A stretch of 64,000 nt of DNA from Minisyncoccota bacterium (GCA_028711065.1 JAQTSY010000003.1:1136-65135); one strand, 5' to 3'; shown: positions 1 through 9,691, counted from the first letter of the stretch. Notes: a model not told the origin generated them from the letters alone. Numbers and translations are program-made.

Positions 1-1321
1 CGAGAGTTCTTTTGCATTGACTCACGGCCTGAGGATGACCGAATACCTGCTTTATAGCTTCGACATCCTTTATTGATTTGTGCGCCAAAAGGCATTGCAT
101 GATTTCCATTCCGATCACTGCTTGTATCTTGAATGTGTATTTGGCCAAAGGTGCCATGCTGGAAACATACGCGCCGGAACCAGAATTAGCGATAGCAAAA
201 ATCCCCAGATCGGTCTTTCCAGAATCTACTGCTTTCAATACATTCTCCCCGGTCACCAAAAACTTTGGTTCGACTCGCGTCTCCGAAATTCCATTTTCCT
301 CGAGGAAACGCAAAAGTGCTTCATGAGTAAAGCAGCCGTCAATGCCGTGTATTCCTACGGTAAGAATTTTCTTTTTTGCCGGAAAAATATTTTTTATTGC
401 TTCCATCCACTGGATATTCAAATTCGGCTTTACTCGGGTCTCTTTTGCGGATTTGAAAAAAGTCTTGGTCGAATCTACAAACCACTGGTTGATCCATCTT
501 CGGATACGGTCTCTTTCTGCCGGAGCAATTTGAGTGATCTTTTTTGCTTGAGTGGCGATAGATTCCTCCACGCTTTCGAGAGAAATATTCTCTATTTCTT
601 TGCAGGCTTCTTTTACGGACTGAAGCAAGTCGTGCGGAGCTTCGCGGATAATTTCGTTTCGAAGCCACTCGGGAGTGCTGTTTATCGTATGCGCGTATGC
701 TCCAAAAATGGCGTTTGATGCTGGCACCGCCCATCGCATAAGTTCTTCTTGGGTTGGAGAAGATTTTCCAGCATCTTTTGCATAATTGCCAATAACTTTT
801 TCTAAAATAATAGTAAGAACTTCTGGGATGCTCAAAGTAATCCCCATCATAAAATCATGCTGATCTTCCGAACTGGCCGATAAAAACGCCACGCCTTGTT
901 TTTTAAAAAAATCTATAAGAACTTTCGCGTGAGGGTTTTTCTCTCCGTGAGAAGAAGTCTCAATAATCGCCCAACGCTGGCCGATGAGGGGCACCTTCGC
1001 CCCATGAAGCGGATGCAATGAAAGATGGATTGCGCCCGTTTTCTCTATCACCTTTCCCAATCCCCTTTTGAGAGAACAGAGATCTATGAGAAGTTGTTTT
1101 TTGGTAAATTTTTTGCCAGAAAGCATTTCATCCAAAGACGAACGAGGAACGGAAAGCCAGATCACATCCGCTTTCCAAGCCTTATTCCAATCTGCTTTGG
1201 AACTATCACGGTTCACTTTCATTATTTTAGAAACGGGAGAAAGGGTATCAACCAAAAACTGGCCCATACTTCCCCTGGCACCAATAATTGCTTGTGTAAA
1301 TTGTAATTTTTTTGAATCCAT
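1..1321 (-). CDS. Prephenate dehydrogenase (TyrA-like)-prephenate dehydratase (PheA PDT) fusion, runs off the window edge
   Basis: Not in the ORF track; manual translation from ATG 1321 stays open to the edge: MDSKKLQFTQAIIGARGSMG (Rossmann), IDLCSLK, HPLHG, EDQHD (TyrA motifs), then VGIHGIDGCFTHEA, GIFAIANSGSG, QCLLA, VFGHPQAVSQC (PDT motifs). Confidence 0.85.
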   Translation of the reverse strand, partial: MDSKKLQFTQAIIGARGSMGQFLVDTLSPVSKIMKVNRDSSKADWNKAWKADVIWLSVPRSSLDEMLSGKKFTKKQLLIDLCSLKRGLGKVIEKTGAIHLSLHPLHGAKVPLIGQRWAIIETSSHGEKNPHAKVLIDFFKKQGVAFLSASSEDQHDFMMGITLSIPEVLTIILEKVIGNYAKDAGKSSPTQEELMRWAVPASNAIFGAYAHTINSTPEWLRNEIIREAPHDLLQSVKEACKEIENISLESVEESIATQAKKITQIAPAERDRIRRWINQWFVDSTKTFFKSAKETRVKPNLNIQWMEAIKNIFPAKKKILTVGIHGIDGCFTHEALLRFLEENGISETRVEPKFLVTGENVLKAVDSGKTDLGIFAIANSGSGAYVSSMAPLAKYTFKIQAVIGMEIMQCLLAHKSIKDVEAIKQVFGHPQAVSQCKRTL

Positions 1322-1413
1322 GAAAAGAAAAAATAAATTTGGGCTCTCGTCTGGATCTTCTAGAATCCGACGAGAGCCTCAAATTGGTTACGTTCGCACT
1401 TCCATGCAAAAGG

Positions 1414-2109
1414 TCACCGGGTGCTTTTGAGAAGGTTGAATCCCGATGCGGTGATCCCACCAAAGAAAAGCATCGGCGGGGAGCCGAACACGTGCACCAT
1501 GGTCAAACGGTGAAGCTTGCGAGCCGACTCGGTCGTCATGCAAGCTTCCACTTCGCCAACTGCGCACATCTCGGCCGCTTGTGCATTGCTCTTCGCATCA
1601 ATAAGTGTCGCCCCATTAGCGACAAGTGTATCGAGGAGCGGAGCTGGAGAGACATGGGTAGCAATCTTAACCCCCGAAAGTGCGCCTTGAGTACCCCCCT
1701 GCTCCACAATCAGGGAGAGATACTTCAGATTACGCACAGCAAGCTGCATTTCGTCGAGAACCATTTGCTGTACGAAGAAAAGTGGCAGCGTTGCGGGGTT
1801 CCCGAAAAAAACCTTGTGCAACCGAGCAAACACGGCGCACGTCCAGAACACTGCGAGAACTCCGTCCTCCTGCATTGCGATTGCCTTTTTGACCGCCGTT
1901 TCTGGCAAATCGCAAAGCTCGATAACCGCTTTGTGTTCGATACTCATGTGAGCATGCCAGAGCCGCGCGACCTGCTCCATGTTAGTGCCTGTTGGCCCAA
2001 GAGCGTAAGAGACAACGGCCTTAACTCTAGGAGACAACAGCGCTTGGCGTTTTGCCAGATCATTCCACCTCACAGCGTCGCACGCTGGAAATGTTGGTAA
2101 CTGGTGCAT
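1414..2109 (-). CDS. BacA-like prephenate decarboxylase / PDT-fold protein
   Basis: ALGPTGTN, IATHVSPAPLL, SNAQAAEMCAVGEVEACMTTESARKLHRLTMVHVFGSPPMLF resemble, from memory, Bacillus BacA (TLGPEGTS, SHPSP, STSQAA..TNELARQKYGL..FKSIPM); start moved to ATG 2109, which has GGGAGG upstream. Confidence 0.65.
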   Translation of the reverse strand: MHQLPTFPACDAVRWNDLAKRQALLSPRVKAVVSYALGPTGTNMEQVARLWHAHMSIEHKAVIELCDLPETAVKKAIAMQEDGVLAVFWTCAVFARLHKVFFGNPATLPLFFVQQMVLDEMQLAVRNLKYLSLIVEQGGTQGALSGVKIATHVSPAPLLDTLVANGATLIDAKSNAQAAEMCAVGEVEACMTTESARKLHRLTMVHVFGSPPMLFFGGITASGFNLLKSTR

Positions 2110-2247
2110 ACAGCCTCCCTTCCCCAAAAGTATGAAGAACTCATTCTGCCCGAAGTGGGCATCCAAAACCCGCACGGGCATGAATCCAAATCTTCTGACC
2201 TGGAAATTGAGAACTTGTTTTTTACGTAAACGCCCAATTTCCAGATG

Positions 2248-2278
2248 AGAAAAACTCCCGTTTTGCGGGAGTTTTTCT
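2248..2278 (-). terminator. Attenuator terminator hairpin
   Basis: AGAAAAACTCCCG-N5-CGGGAGTTTTTCT, just downstream of the leader peptide. Confidence 0.8.
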
Positions 2279-2318
2279 TTGCTAGGTGTAAGTTTTAAAT
2301 AGCAACAAAATCTCCCGT

Positions 2319-2369
2319 TTAACGGCTAAAATAGAAGAAGTTAAAGAATTTGTCAGCTAACATATTCAT
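2319..2369 (-). CDS. Phe/Tyr-rich leader peptide MNMLADKFFNFFYFSR (pheL-like)
   Basis: 16 codons with 5 Phe + 1 Tyr clustered; followed by ACGGGAGA (2311-2318), which can pair with the terminator 5' arm; lies upstream of Phe/Tyr pathway genes. Confidence 0.85.
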   Translation of the reverse strand: MNMLADKFFNFFYFSR

Positions 2370-2425
2370 AAATCCAGTTTATTCCTACCCATCATTTTTG
2401 TCAAACAAACTGTTATACTACCCAA

Positions 2426-3415
2426 ATGAGCTTCGTATTTAAGATGTTTGTGGCAGTTGTGGTTCTTGGCGGAATTTTTTTCCTCCTGGAAAAAAATTCC
2501 GCCTCCGTTACCCCCGTTATTGCACCCACACTATCTCCCACCGCTACTTATAGTTCTGGACCAAGCCCTGAATCTACTGATTCACCTTCTCCTGTTTCAA
2601 CTCCGACACCAACCCCGACTCCTGCCCCCGCTATTTCAATCACGCCAACCAAAATTATCCAAGGAGAACCAATCCTAGTGCAAATAAAAACTGCCGACTT
2701 GCCGGAAATTAAAAATATTTCTTTCGATGGAAAATCTTTAGGAATTTTTTCATACAAATCAGAACCGAGCGCCTTTATCGGAATTGACCTTGCAAAGAAA
2801 CCGGGAACTTACAAACTTCTTGCAACACTTGCCGACGGCGAAGAACTTGAAAAAAATATAACCATCGGCATGCGGCCGAAAGTTGAAGCGCCGCTTGGCA
2901 TTCCAGAAAAACTTGGTGGCAACACCGAAGAAGCGGTGACGAATGTTATCAGCACAATGGCGCAGGAAAGCAAGACGCTTCTCGGTATTAAAACGGCAAG
3001 CACAGCACTTTGGACAGCACCGTTTCGCTTTCCACTCGCAGGCAAGATAACTGTCACTGATCCTTATGGATATGTGAGACAAACAGTTGGCGAAGCGATC
3101 AATCACAAGGGCACGGATTTCCATGCAGACGAAGGCACTCCCGTCTTCGCAATGAATACAGGAATTGTGAGAATCGCAAGGTTATATCAAATTTACGGAA
3201 ACACCGTCGTCATTGATCACGGCCTTGGTCTTATGAGTATTTATATGCACCTCTCAAAAATAAATGTGAACGTGGGAGAAAAAGTAAACATCGGACAGAC
3301 AATCGCCCTCTCCGGCCAAACAGGCTACGCAGAAAGCCCGCATCTTCACATCACAATCCGTATCAACGACATCTCAATTGACCCGATGAAATTTATGGCG
3401 TTTTTTGCCAAATAG
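2426..3415 (+). CDS. M23 family metallopeptidase, membrane-anchored
   Basis: HKGTDF, YGNTVVIDHG, YMHLS, PHLH motifs; N-terminal TM and Pro/Thr linker. Confidence 0.9.
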   Translation: MSFVFKMFVAVVVLGGIFFLLEKNSASVTPVIAPTLSPTATYSSGPSPESTDSPSPVSTPTPTPTPAPAISITPTKIIQGEPILVQIKTADLPEIKNISFDGKSLGIFSYKSEPSAFIGIDLAKKPGTYKLLATLADGEELEKNITIGMRPKVEAPLGIPEKLGGNTEEAVTNVISTMAQESKTLLGIKTASTALWTAPFRFPLAGKITVTDPYGYVRQTVGEAINHKGTDFHADEGTPVFAMNTGIVRIARLYQIYGNTVVIDHGLGLMSIYMHLSKINVNVGEKVNIGQTIALSGQTGYAESPHLHITIRINDISIDPMKFMAFFAK

Positions 3416-3469
3416 GCGAAAAATGTTAGTATGCTACTCGTTCGCCTTTGGTTTTTATAGTAAAAAATT

Positions 3470-3541
3470 GGCCCTATCGTCTAATGGTTAGGACAGAGCC
3501 TTCTCAAGGCTTAAATCCGGGTTCGACTCCCGGTAGGGTCA
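3470..3541 (+). tRNA. tRNA-Glu(CTC)
   Basis: Cloverleaf; anticodon loop TTCTCAA; GGTTCGACTCC T-arm. Confidence 0.95.
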
Positions 3542-3551
3542 CAGTTCAAAT

Positions 3552-5264
3552 CTATCTATCCGGCGGTATCTCATAATAATTTATCAAAAATTTTGTAATG
3601 TCGAAGAAAGAAGTTGTGAGGGTCTCTGACGCATAATTCGCTCCTTTCGGGTACACCATATACATAAAAACCAAAAACTTTGGATTATACGCCGGGAAAT
3701 AGCCGAAAAACGAGTGGAGATATCTGTCCGCGTAATATCCTTTTCCCGCAGGATTTGCCATCTGGGCCGTACCGGTTTTCGCCGCTACGCTCCAATTTTT
3801 GAGCTTCACCGTTCCATGACGAAGTGCTTTGTCTACCACTTCGACGAGCATTTTTGTAATTGTTTCAGACGTTTCTTTCTTTAAGACTTGTTTCTCCCCT
3901 CCGCCAGTGAAAAGATCTTTTGAAAGACCTACGTTATATTTCAAAGTTTTTACCACATGTGGATCGGGAAGTGTACCGCCATTCCCAAGAGACGAAAGCG
4001 CTCGGACAGTTGCGATAGGTGTGAGCGCAATTCCCTGCCCATACGCTGCCGTTGCATGCTCGATATCTCGAGGACTTTTTAAGTTCTCGACAAGCCCAGC
4101 AGCTTCATTGGGAAGATCAATTCCTGTCTCCTCGCCCAAACCGTAATTCAGCATATATTTCGAGAAGAGATCCTTTCCCATCCGAAGCGCGACAGTCGCC
4201 GCGCCGGTATTCAAAGATTGATTGAGTACCTCTTGCATAGGAACAACGCCTCGGCCTCGAAAATCGAAGTTCGAAATTTTTGAACCATTCAGTTCGAGAA
4301 ATCCTTTGTCATCATAGGTTGTTGTGGGGGTGACGGTACCCGAATCAATTCCCGCCGCCATAGTCAGTGGCTTAATAATCGAACCCATTTCATAGACGCT
4401 ATCAACAAGCGGGTTGGTAAAGACGCGCGGATTTTTTTCAAGATTAAAATTGTTTGGGTCAAATGTCGGGAGCGCGGCCATGGCATAAATCTCGCCTGTT
4501 TTCGGATCAATAATAATCGCACCAGAAGTATCCGGATTCCATTCAGCCTGAAGCGATTTTAACTGTTTTTCAAGAAAAAGCTGAACTGACGGTTCTATTG
4601 TGGAGACAATGTCCCCTTCTGCCTGTTTGTCGTCGACAAGCGTTTTGCTTACATCAGAAAATATTTCAGCGAAAAAATTGACATTTAACTTCGTGTCGTT
4701 TCGATTCAGCTCCGCTTCATAATATTTTTCGAGGCCATATTGACCGGCAACAGATTTCCCATCGGAACCGACGAAGCCGAGCACATTCGCGGCCATAGTC
4801 ATTCCAGGGTAGTACCTCCATTTTTCTTTGTACACAGAAACTCCCGGAAGTTTGAGACTCTCGATTTTAGTGGCATCTGCTTCAGAAACTTTTCTAGCCA
4901 CCTCCTCGTAAGGATCGGCTTTCTTGCCCGCTTTCTCAAGAAAAGATTCTTTTTCGAGCGGAATCACGCTGTCCATCTTTTCGAACGTGGTTTCGGGATC
5001 TGTCACCAATTTAGGACTCAACGAAACAAGATAGCCAGTCTTCAAGGTTGCCGCACTCACCAAATCTCCGCTTCGAGTTTGAAAAAAAATAGAACCTCTG
5101 TCAAAAAGGTTTTCGTTCGGTTTTACATACTGACGATCGGCTTTGTCAGTATAGAGATGGCCATCTACGACCTGGACAAGATACAATTTTGCAACAATGA
5201 GTACCGCGAACAGAAAGAGTGCGATAGAAATGATACGTATTCTAGATAAAGAGTGGATCTTCAT
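3552..5264 (-). CDS. ftsI: Class B penicillin-binding protein (FtsI/PBP2 family)
   Basis: RG.I dimerisation domain, GSIIK (SxxK), SLN, KTGT; follows mraZ-rsmH-ftsL. Confidence 0.88.
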   Translation of the reverse strand: MKIHSLSRIRIISIALFLFAVLIVAKLYLVQVVDGHLYTDKADRQYVKPNENLFDRGSIFFQTRSGDLVSAATLKTGYLVSLSPKLVTDPETTFEKMDSVIPLEKESFLEKAGKKADPYEEVARKVSEADATKIESLKLPGVSVYKEKWRYYPGMTMAANVLGFVGSDGKSVAGQYGLEKYYEAELNRNDTKLNVNFFAEIFSDVSKTLVDDKQAEGDIVSTIEPSVQLFLEKQLKSLQAEWNPDTSGAIIIDPKTGEIYAMAALPTFDPNNFNLEKNPRVFTNPLVDSVYEMGSIIKPLTMAAGIDSGTVTPTTTYDDKGFLELNGSKISNFDFRGRGVVPMQEVLNQSLNTGAATVALRMGKDLFSKYMLNYGLGEETGIDLPNEAAGLVENLKSPRDIEHATAAYGQGIALTPIATVRALSSLGNGGTLPDPHVVKTLKYNVGLSKDLFTGGGEKQVLKKETSETITKMLVEVVDKALRHGTVKLKNWSVAAKTGTAQMANPAGKGYYADRYLHSFFGYFPAYNPKFLVFMYMVYPKGANYASETLTTSFFDITKFLINYYEIPPDR

Positions 5265-5275
5265 GCTCTCTCGAA

Positions 5276-5596
5276 TTACTCAACCGAGTTGACGGAGAGT
5301 GCTTTCGAAAGCGCTGTACGAGAAATAAAGACAGGATTTTGAACCGTCTGAAACCCAAGCGATGATGCGAGATCGAGGGTAATTGAGTCCTTAAGGACGA
5401 TATAGCGAGATTCAAGCTCTCCCACTGCGCCTCGAATTGAAGCGATACGTGTCTCTGCCTTTTGTCTTTCTACCACATTATGAATAGTGTCATTGAGAAA
5501 ATATACATATGAACAGACAAAACCTACCAAAAGCAAAAGAGCGCTCGCAAAAAGGAGTTTTTGATAGTGGTTGAATTTTTCTGTTCTGCTTATCAT
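5276..5596 (-). CDS. FtsL-like small bitopic division protein
   Basis: One TM plus coiled coil, positioned between rsmH and ftsI. Confidence 0.6.
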   Translation of the reverse strand: MISRTEKFNHYQKLLFASALLLLVGFVCSYVYFLNDTIHNVVERQKAETRIASIRGAVGELESRYIVLKDSITLDLASSLGFQTVQNPVFISRTALSKALSVNSVE

Positions 5597-6486
5597 CTTT
5601 TTTCTAAAATACGCAGTTTCGAACTTCTTGAACGCGGGTTTTTCACTACTTCTTCACGGCTCGGCACGATTGGTTTTTTCGTAATTAAAATTGCTTCTTC
5701 TGCCTTTTCTTTTGATTTAAAAAATTGTTTTACAATTCTGTCTTCGATACTGTGGAATGAAATGACTGCCATTCTGCCTTTCGGAGCAAGGATACTGTAG
5801 CCTTTTTCCAATCCTTCTTTGAGCGCTCGAATTTCATCGTTTGCAGTAATACGCAGTGCCTGAAATGTTTTTGTTGCGAAATGGATTTTTCTTCTGTGGT
5901 AGGGCGCCGGTGTTGCATTTTTGATTATCTCTACGAGTTCCCCCGTTGTTTCGATAGGCTTCACGGCTCTCGCTTCCACAATTCCCTTTGCGATCCGTCG
6001 TGAAAATGTTTCTCCTCCATATCCATAAATCACATCAGCAATATTTTCTTCATCCCAGTTGTTTAAAATTTCTTTTACCGTCAAATCGCTTTCAGTCGGC
6101 TTCTCTTTGAAAGTCATGAGAAGCGGCTCGTCTTTTTGAAAAGAAAATCCCCTTCCCGAATCTTCGAACTGATTGGAAGAAAGTCCCAAGTCGTACAAAA
6201 TCTTGTTCGCCTGTTGTATGCCGAATTTTTCAAGCACTTTGTCGGCATTTCGGAAGTTATCTTGCGCAAGGAGAAACTTTGCTTTCTGTACCAAAAGCCG
6301 TTTTTCAGCCCTTTGGAGCGCACTTTCGTCCATATCAATTCCGATGATTTGCACAGCTTGTCCGAATCGCTTAGCTACCTCTTCGCTGTGGCCACCGCCG
6401 TTTATGGTGCAATCAAGGAAAACATCACCCACTGTGATCGCCAATCCATCTATTGATTCCTGTAAAAGAACACTCGTGTGCGTCAT
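5593..6486 (-). CDS. rsmH: 16S rRNA m4C1402 methyltransferase
   Basis: HTSVLL, DCTINGGGHS, DLGLSS, RGFSF, FQALRI, ISFHSIEDR, NPRSRSSKLR. Confidence 0.97.
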   Translation of the reverse strand: MTHTSVLLQESIDGLAITVGDVFLDCTINGGGHSEEVAKRFGQAVQIIGIDMDESALQRAEKRLLVQKAKFLLAQDNFRNADKVLEKFGIQQANKILYDLGLSSNQFEDSGRGFSFQKDEPLLMTFKEKPTESDLTVKEILNNWDEENIADVIYGYGGETFSRRIAKGIVEARAVKPIETTGELVEIIKNATPAPYHRRKIHFATKTFQALRITANDEIRALKEGLEKGYSILAPKGRMAVISFHSIEDRIVKQFFKSKEKAEEAILITKKPIVPSREEVVKNPRSRSSKLRILEKR

Positions 6487-6917
6487 AGGATTCCCACCTG
6501 TCCTAGCTTTTCTGCCAATGTGTCAGCCTGTTTTTCGACAACTTTTTTGTATTCACCCCACGCTTTCTCGTTCCAAATTTCCGCCCGATTCTCTACTCCG
6601 ATGATGACCACCTCGTCTTTCAAATGCGATCGCTCGCGAAGAAAATCTGGAACCAAAATACGTCCGATCGAATCAACTTCCGCTTCTGCCGCACCTGCGA
6701 ACATAAACCGGTTGAAGCTTCGGTTGTCGGCCGACAAGAGTGACGATTGCGAAAGCTTCCCCGAAATCTTTTCCCATTCCTTTTGGGCAAATACGAACAA
6801 ACAATTGTCGAGCCCCGGCGTGAGCACCACTTTCTTTCCCATTTCTTTTCGAAACTTTACCGGAAGCGAGAGCCGGTTTTTGTCGTCGATTGTGTGAGTG
6901 TATTCCCCGATGAGCAT
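6483..6917 (-). CDS. mraZ: Transcriptional regulator MraZ
   Basis: GEYTHTIDDKNRL, DSIGRILVP, IGVENRAEIW. Confidence 0.97.
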   Translation of the reverse strand: MLIGEYTHTIDDKNRLSLPVKFRKEMGKKVVLTPGLDNCLFVFAQKEWEKISGKLSQSSLLSADNRSFNRFMFAGAAEAEVDSIGRILVPDFLRERSHLKDEVVIIGVENRAEIWNEKAWGEYKKVVEKQADTLAEKLGQVGIL

Positions 6918-6950
6918 AGTTCATAGTATAGAGTAAAAAATTATTATTTA

Positions 6951-6995
6951 CCACTCTTTCCCACCTAGGCTCTATTTTATACCACTCTCCCCCAC
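6951..6995 (-). promoter_or_regulatory. MraZ operator direct repeats
   Basis: GTGG repeats at 6951, 6961, 6982, 6992 (two pairs with 10-bp spacing) upstream of mraZ. Confidence 0.7.
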
Positions 6996-7007
6996 TTACC
7001 AACAGAG

Positions 7008-7016
7008 TTATCCACA
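7008..7016 (+). promoter_or_regulatory. Consensus DnaA box TTATCCACA
   Basis: Perfect 9-mer just upstream of the mraZ operator. Confidence 0.5.
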
Positions 7017-7024
7017 ACTTGGTC

Positions 7025-7064
7025 TGACGAAAAAATCGGCCTTTCGGGGCCGATTTTTTCGTCA
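7025..7064. terminator. Hairpin terminator downstream of alr
   Basis: TGACGAAAAAATCGGCC-TTTCG-GGGCCGATTTTTTCGTCA. Confidence 0.7.
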
Positions 7065-7082
7065 TTTTTCTTTTTTTCGCTT

Positions 7083-8225
7083 CTAAAAATAAATCCGTTT
7101 AATCAGAGGATTAATCCGGGTGATTATTTCGTTATGTCCCGTATCCGCATGCTCGGCGAGTTCATAAACATCAACAGTTTCATCTCCATCATATCCTATA
7201 AGCGTTACGACATCGCCGACTTTGACGTCGGGAATATCGGTGCAATCAAGAATGATCATATCCATCGAAACAAGTCCTATGATTTTCGCTCGCTTTCCAT
7301 TCAAAAGCACTTCAGCGTTATTAGACAAGGAACGCGGAAGTCCTTGCCAATATCCGACTGGACAAATTGCAATCTTCGCTCGCGAAGAAAGCTTGTATGT
7401 TCGTTCATAGCCCACAGACTCACCCGCTTCAATTTCTTTTACTTCTGAAATAAGCGTTCTCCAAGAAAGTATGGGGGTAAGATGTATTTTTTCTTCAAAA
7501 GCTTCTCGTAATTTGTGAGATGGCCAAAGTCCAAACAGCCCAGAGGCAACGCGAACCATATCAAAATCCGCTTCTGGGTAGAGAAGGGTACCCGCTGTGG
7601 CGCCCGCATGCGTAATGAGTGAAAAACCCTTACTTTCAAAGCTTTTCTTCCACTCCAAAAACTGGCTGATCTGGCTTTTCGTATATTCAAGCGAAGATGG
7701 ATTTTTCGCCTCTGCAAAATGCGTATACAACCCCTCCACTTTTACGAAATCTTTGTACTTCTCGATTGCTGAAAATAATGTCTCCTTATGTTCAGAAAGA
7801 AAACCTTGCCGATGCATTCCCGTATCGACTTCAATATGTATATTTATTTTTTGCGATGCTATTTCTTTCGGCAGGTTTTCAAAAAATGACAGATCTGAAA
7901 CGGTGAGAGAAATGTTTTTCTCCGATGCTTCATGAACAAGTTCTGGCAAAGTGTAGCCAAGAACTAAAATCGGAAGCGTAATTCCTTCTCTTCGCAAAGC
8001 AAATCCTTCAACGACAGAATCAACGCCGATCCAATCTGCGCCAAGTTTTGAAATCTCTTTTGAAAAATCGACGAGACTATGGCCATAGGCATTCGATTTC
8101 ACAACCGCCATCAACTTGCACGATTTTGGAATGATCTTTCTGAAAATTTCGTAATTATGCGCGATCGCGCGAGTATCCACCTCGATCCACGTTCGAAGCC
8201 CCATTCGTTCATTTTTAGCGATCAT
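7083..8225 (-). CDS. alr: Alanine racemase
   Basis: MAVVKSNAYGH (PLP Lys), DTGMHRQG, GLYTHFA, VGY, VSMDM. Confidence 0.95.
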   Translation of the reverse strand: MIAKNERMGLRTWIEVDTRAIAHNYEIFRKIIPKSCKLMAVVKSNAYGHSLVDFSKEISKLGADWIGVDSVVEGFALRREGITLPILVLGYTLPELVHEASEKNISLTVSDLSFFENLPKEIASQKINIHIEVDTGMHRQGFLSEHKETLFSAIEKYKDFVKVEGLYTHFAEAKNPSSLEYTKSQISQFLEWKKSFESKGFSLITHAGATAGTLLYPEADFDMVRVASGLFGLWPSHKLREAFEEKIHLTPILSWRTLISEVKEIEAGESVGYERTYKLSSRAKIAICPVGYWQGLPRSLSNNAEVLLNGKRAKIIGLVSMDMIILDCTDIPDVKVGDVVTLIGYDGDETVDVYELAEHADTGHNEIITRINPLIKRIYF

Positions 8226-8355
8226 AGCCTACAAAGTAGCAAGTTTTTCAGCTCTTCACAACAGGAGTGCCGCGCCTCCATGGGTGTGTAAAACTTTTAA
8301 AATAGAAAATATCTTTCGTTGTATACTATATTCATTAGCAAGTAATCGAGTATTC

Positions 8356-9525
8356 ATGAAAAAGATATTTCTCTTTGCAATAATTTTGAGTCTCTTTAGC
8401 GCAGTTTCTCTTGTGCACGCAGAAAGCACCAGCACTGACTCGATTGCTACAACAACTCCTCTTGCGACCATAACCGCAATTAGAGGGGGAAATAATTACG
8501 ACAGCGCAATTTCGATAGATCCCGGCTCGTATCATCTCGATCATAACCAGAAAAACGGCGACTATGATTATTTTAAGATCTCCGTTACACAAAGTCTTCC
8601 TGTTACAATCACGCTTATTACTTCAGACAAAGCAATCGGATACGATGAAAACACAAAGACATTTATTCCGAGCAAGCAGATAAACGCAGGACTTAAAATT
8701 CAAGATAAAGACAGAACTGACCTTGGCAAAACATACAGCGTTGAAGCTAATGCAAAAAATGTCATTTCTTATACCCCAACGAGCACCGGGTTCATTTATC
8801 TTTTGGTAGGACCGCTCCAAGACTACTATTCAAATGCTTATTATTCGATGGATAAAAGCACGGTCTTTCAGATCGAAGTGGTGGAACCTTCTCCAACAGT
8901 CGAAGCCGTAGTCGCAGTGACTCCAGTAAGCACCGCTGGAAATGGAGATCAAATAAACCCTTCCCCGCTTCCGCAAAATGGAGATTTCTTTTCATTGTTC
9001 AGCACCTCACTCCTCGACAACACTACGTTGCTGTATGTTTTGATAGGAATTGGACTCCTCATACTGCTTCTCCTGCTTATCCTTATTGCAAAAGTGTCGA
9101 GAAAAAAGAAACTTCCACAAACTCCTCCTCAGATGATGCCGCCCATGATGCTACGACCAAACTTCACACCCCCATCATCAATGCCGCCCCCTATGCCAGC
9201 GTCTCTGCAGACTCCTCCCACTCCTCCACGACCCACCTACACTGCGCCAATCGTCACACCTCCTGTGATAACCCGTCCACCCGTGCAGACCATGCCAGTA
9301 GCTCCTACACCGCCTCCCGCACCAAAACCAGCATACGCAGCACCCGTTCCGCCTCCGATTACCGTAATGCCTTCAGTTGCTCCCACCATTCCAAGACCCG
9401 CACCAGTAACACCCGTCATGCCGACCCCGCCAGCTCCAATACCAATGCCGACCCCTCCACCACCTCCGGTACCTCCGCAAATTCCACCTGATATTCCAAA
9501 AACAATGCCTCCAGTGGGACTCTAG
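8356..9525 (+). CDS. Secreted/membrane protein with proline-rich cytoplasmic tail
   Basis: Signal peptide MKKIFLF..VHA, beta-rich ectodomain, TM, long Pro-rich C-terminus. Confidence 0.75.
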   Translation: MKKIFLFAIILSLFSAVSLVHAESTSTDSIATTTPLATITAIRGGNNYDSAISIDPGSYHLDHNQKNGDYDYFKISVTQSLPVTITLITSDKAIGYDENTKTFIPSKQINAGLKIQDKDRTDLGKTYSVEANAKNVISYTPTSTGFIYLLVGPLQDYYSNAYYSMDKSTVFQIEVVEPSPTVEAVVAVTPVSTAGNGDQINPSPLPQNGDFFSLFSTSLLDNTTLLYVLIGIGLLILLLLLILIAKVSRKKKLPQTPPQMMPPMMLRPNFTPPSSMPPPMPASLQTPPTPPRPTYTAPIVTPPVITRPPVQTMPVAPTPPPAPKPAYAAPVPPPITVMPSVAPTIPRPAPVTPVMPTPPAPIPMPTPPPPPVPPQIPPDIPKTMPPVGL

Positions 9526-9608
9526 AAACAAAAAACTTCCGCTCTTGCGGAAGTTTTTTGTCATTGTTTTTTCAAGAATTTTCTGTTACCTTTGTAGAGT
9601 AATTATAT

Positions 9609-9691
9609 GCGCCGGTCGTATAGCGGCTATTACAGGAGACTGTAAATCTCCCGACCTTTGGTCATCGTTGGTTCGAGTCCAACCCGGCGCA
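9609..9691 (+). tRNA. tRNA-Tyr(GTA)
   Basis: Cloverleaf with long variable arm; loop CTGTAAA. Confidence 0.95.

Noticed and set aside
78-2100. Plus-strand ORFs 80..718 and 1339..2100
   Set aside because: Shadows of the minus-strand TyrA-PheA and BacA-like genes
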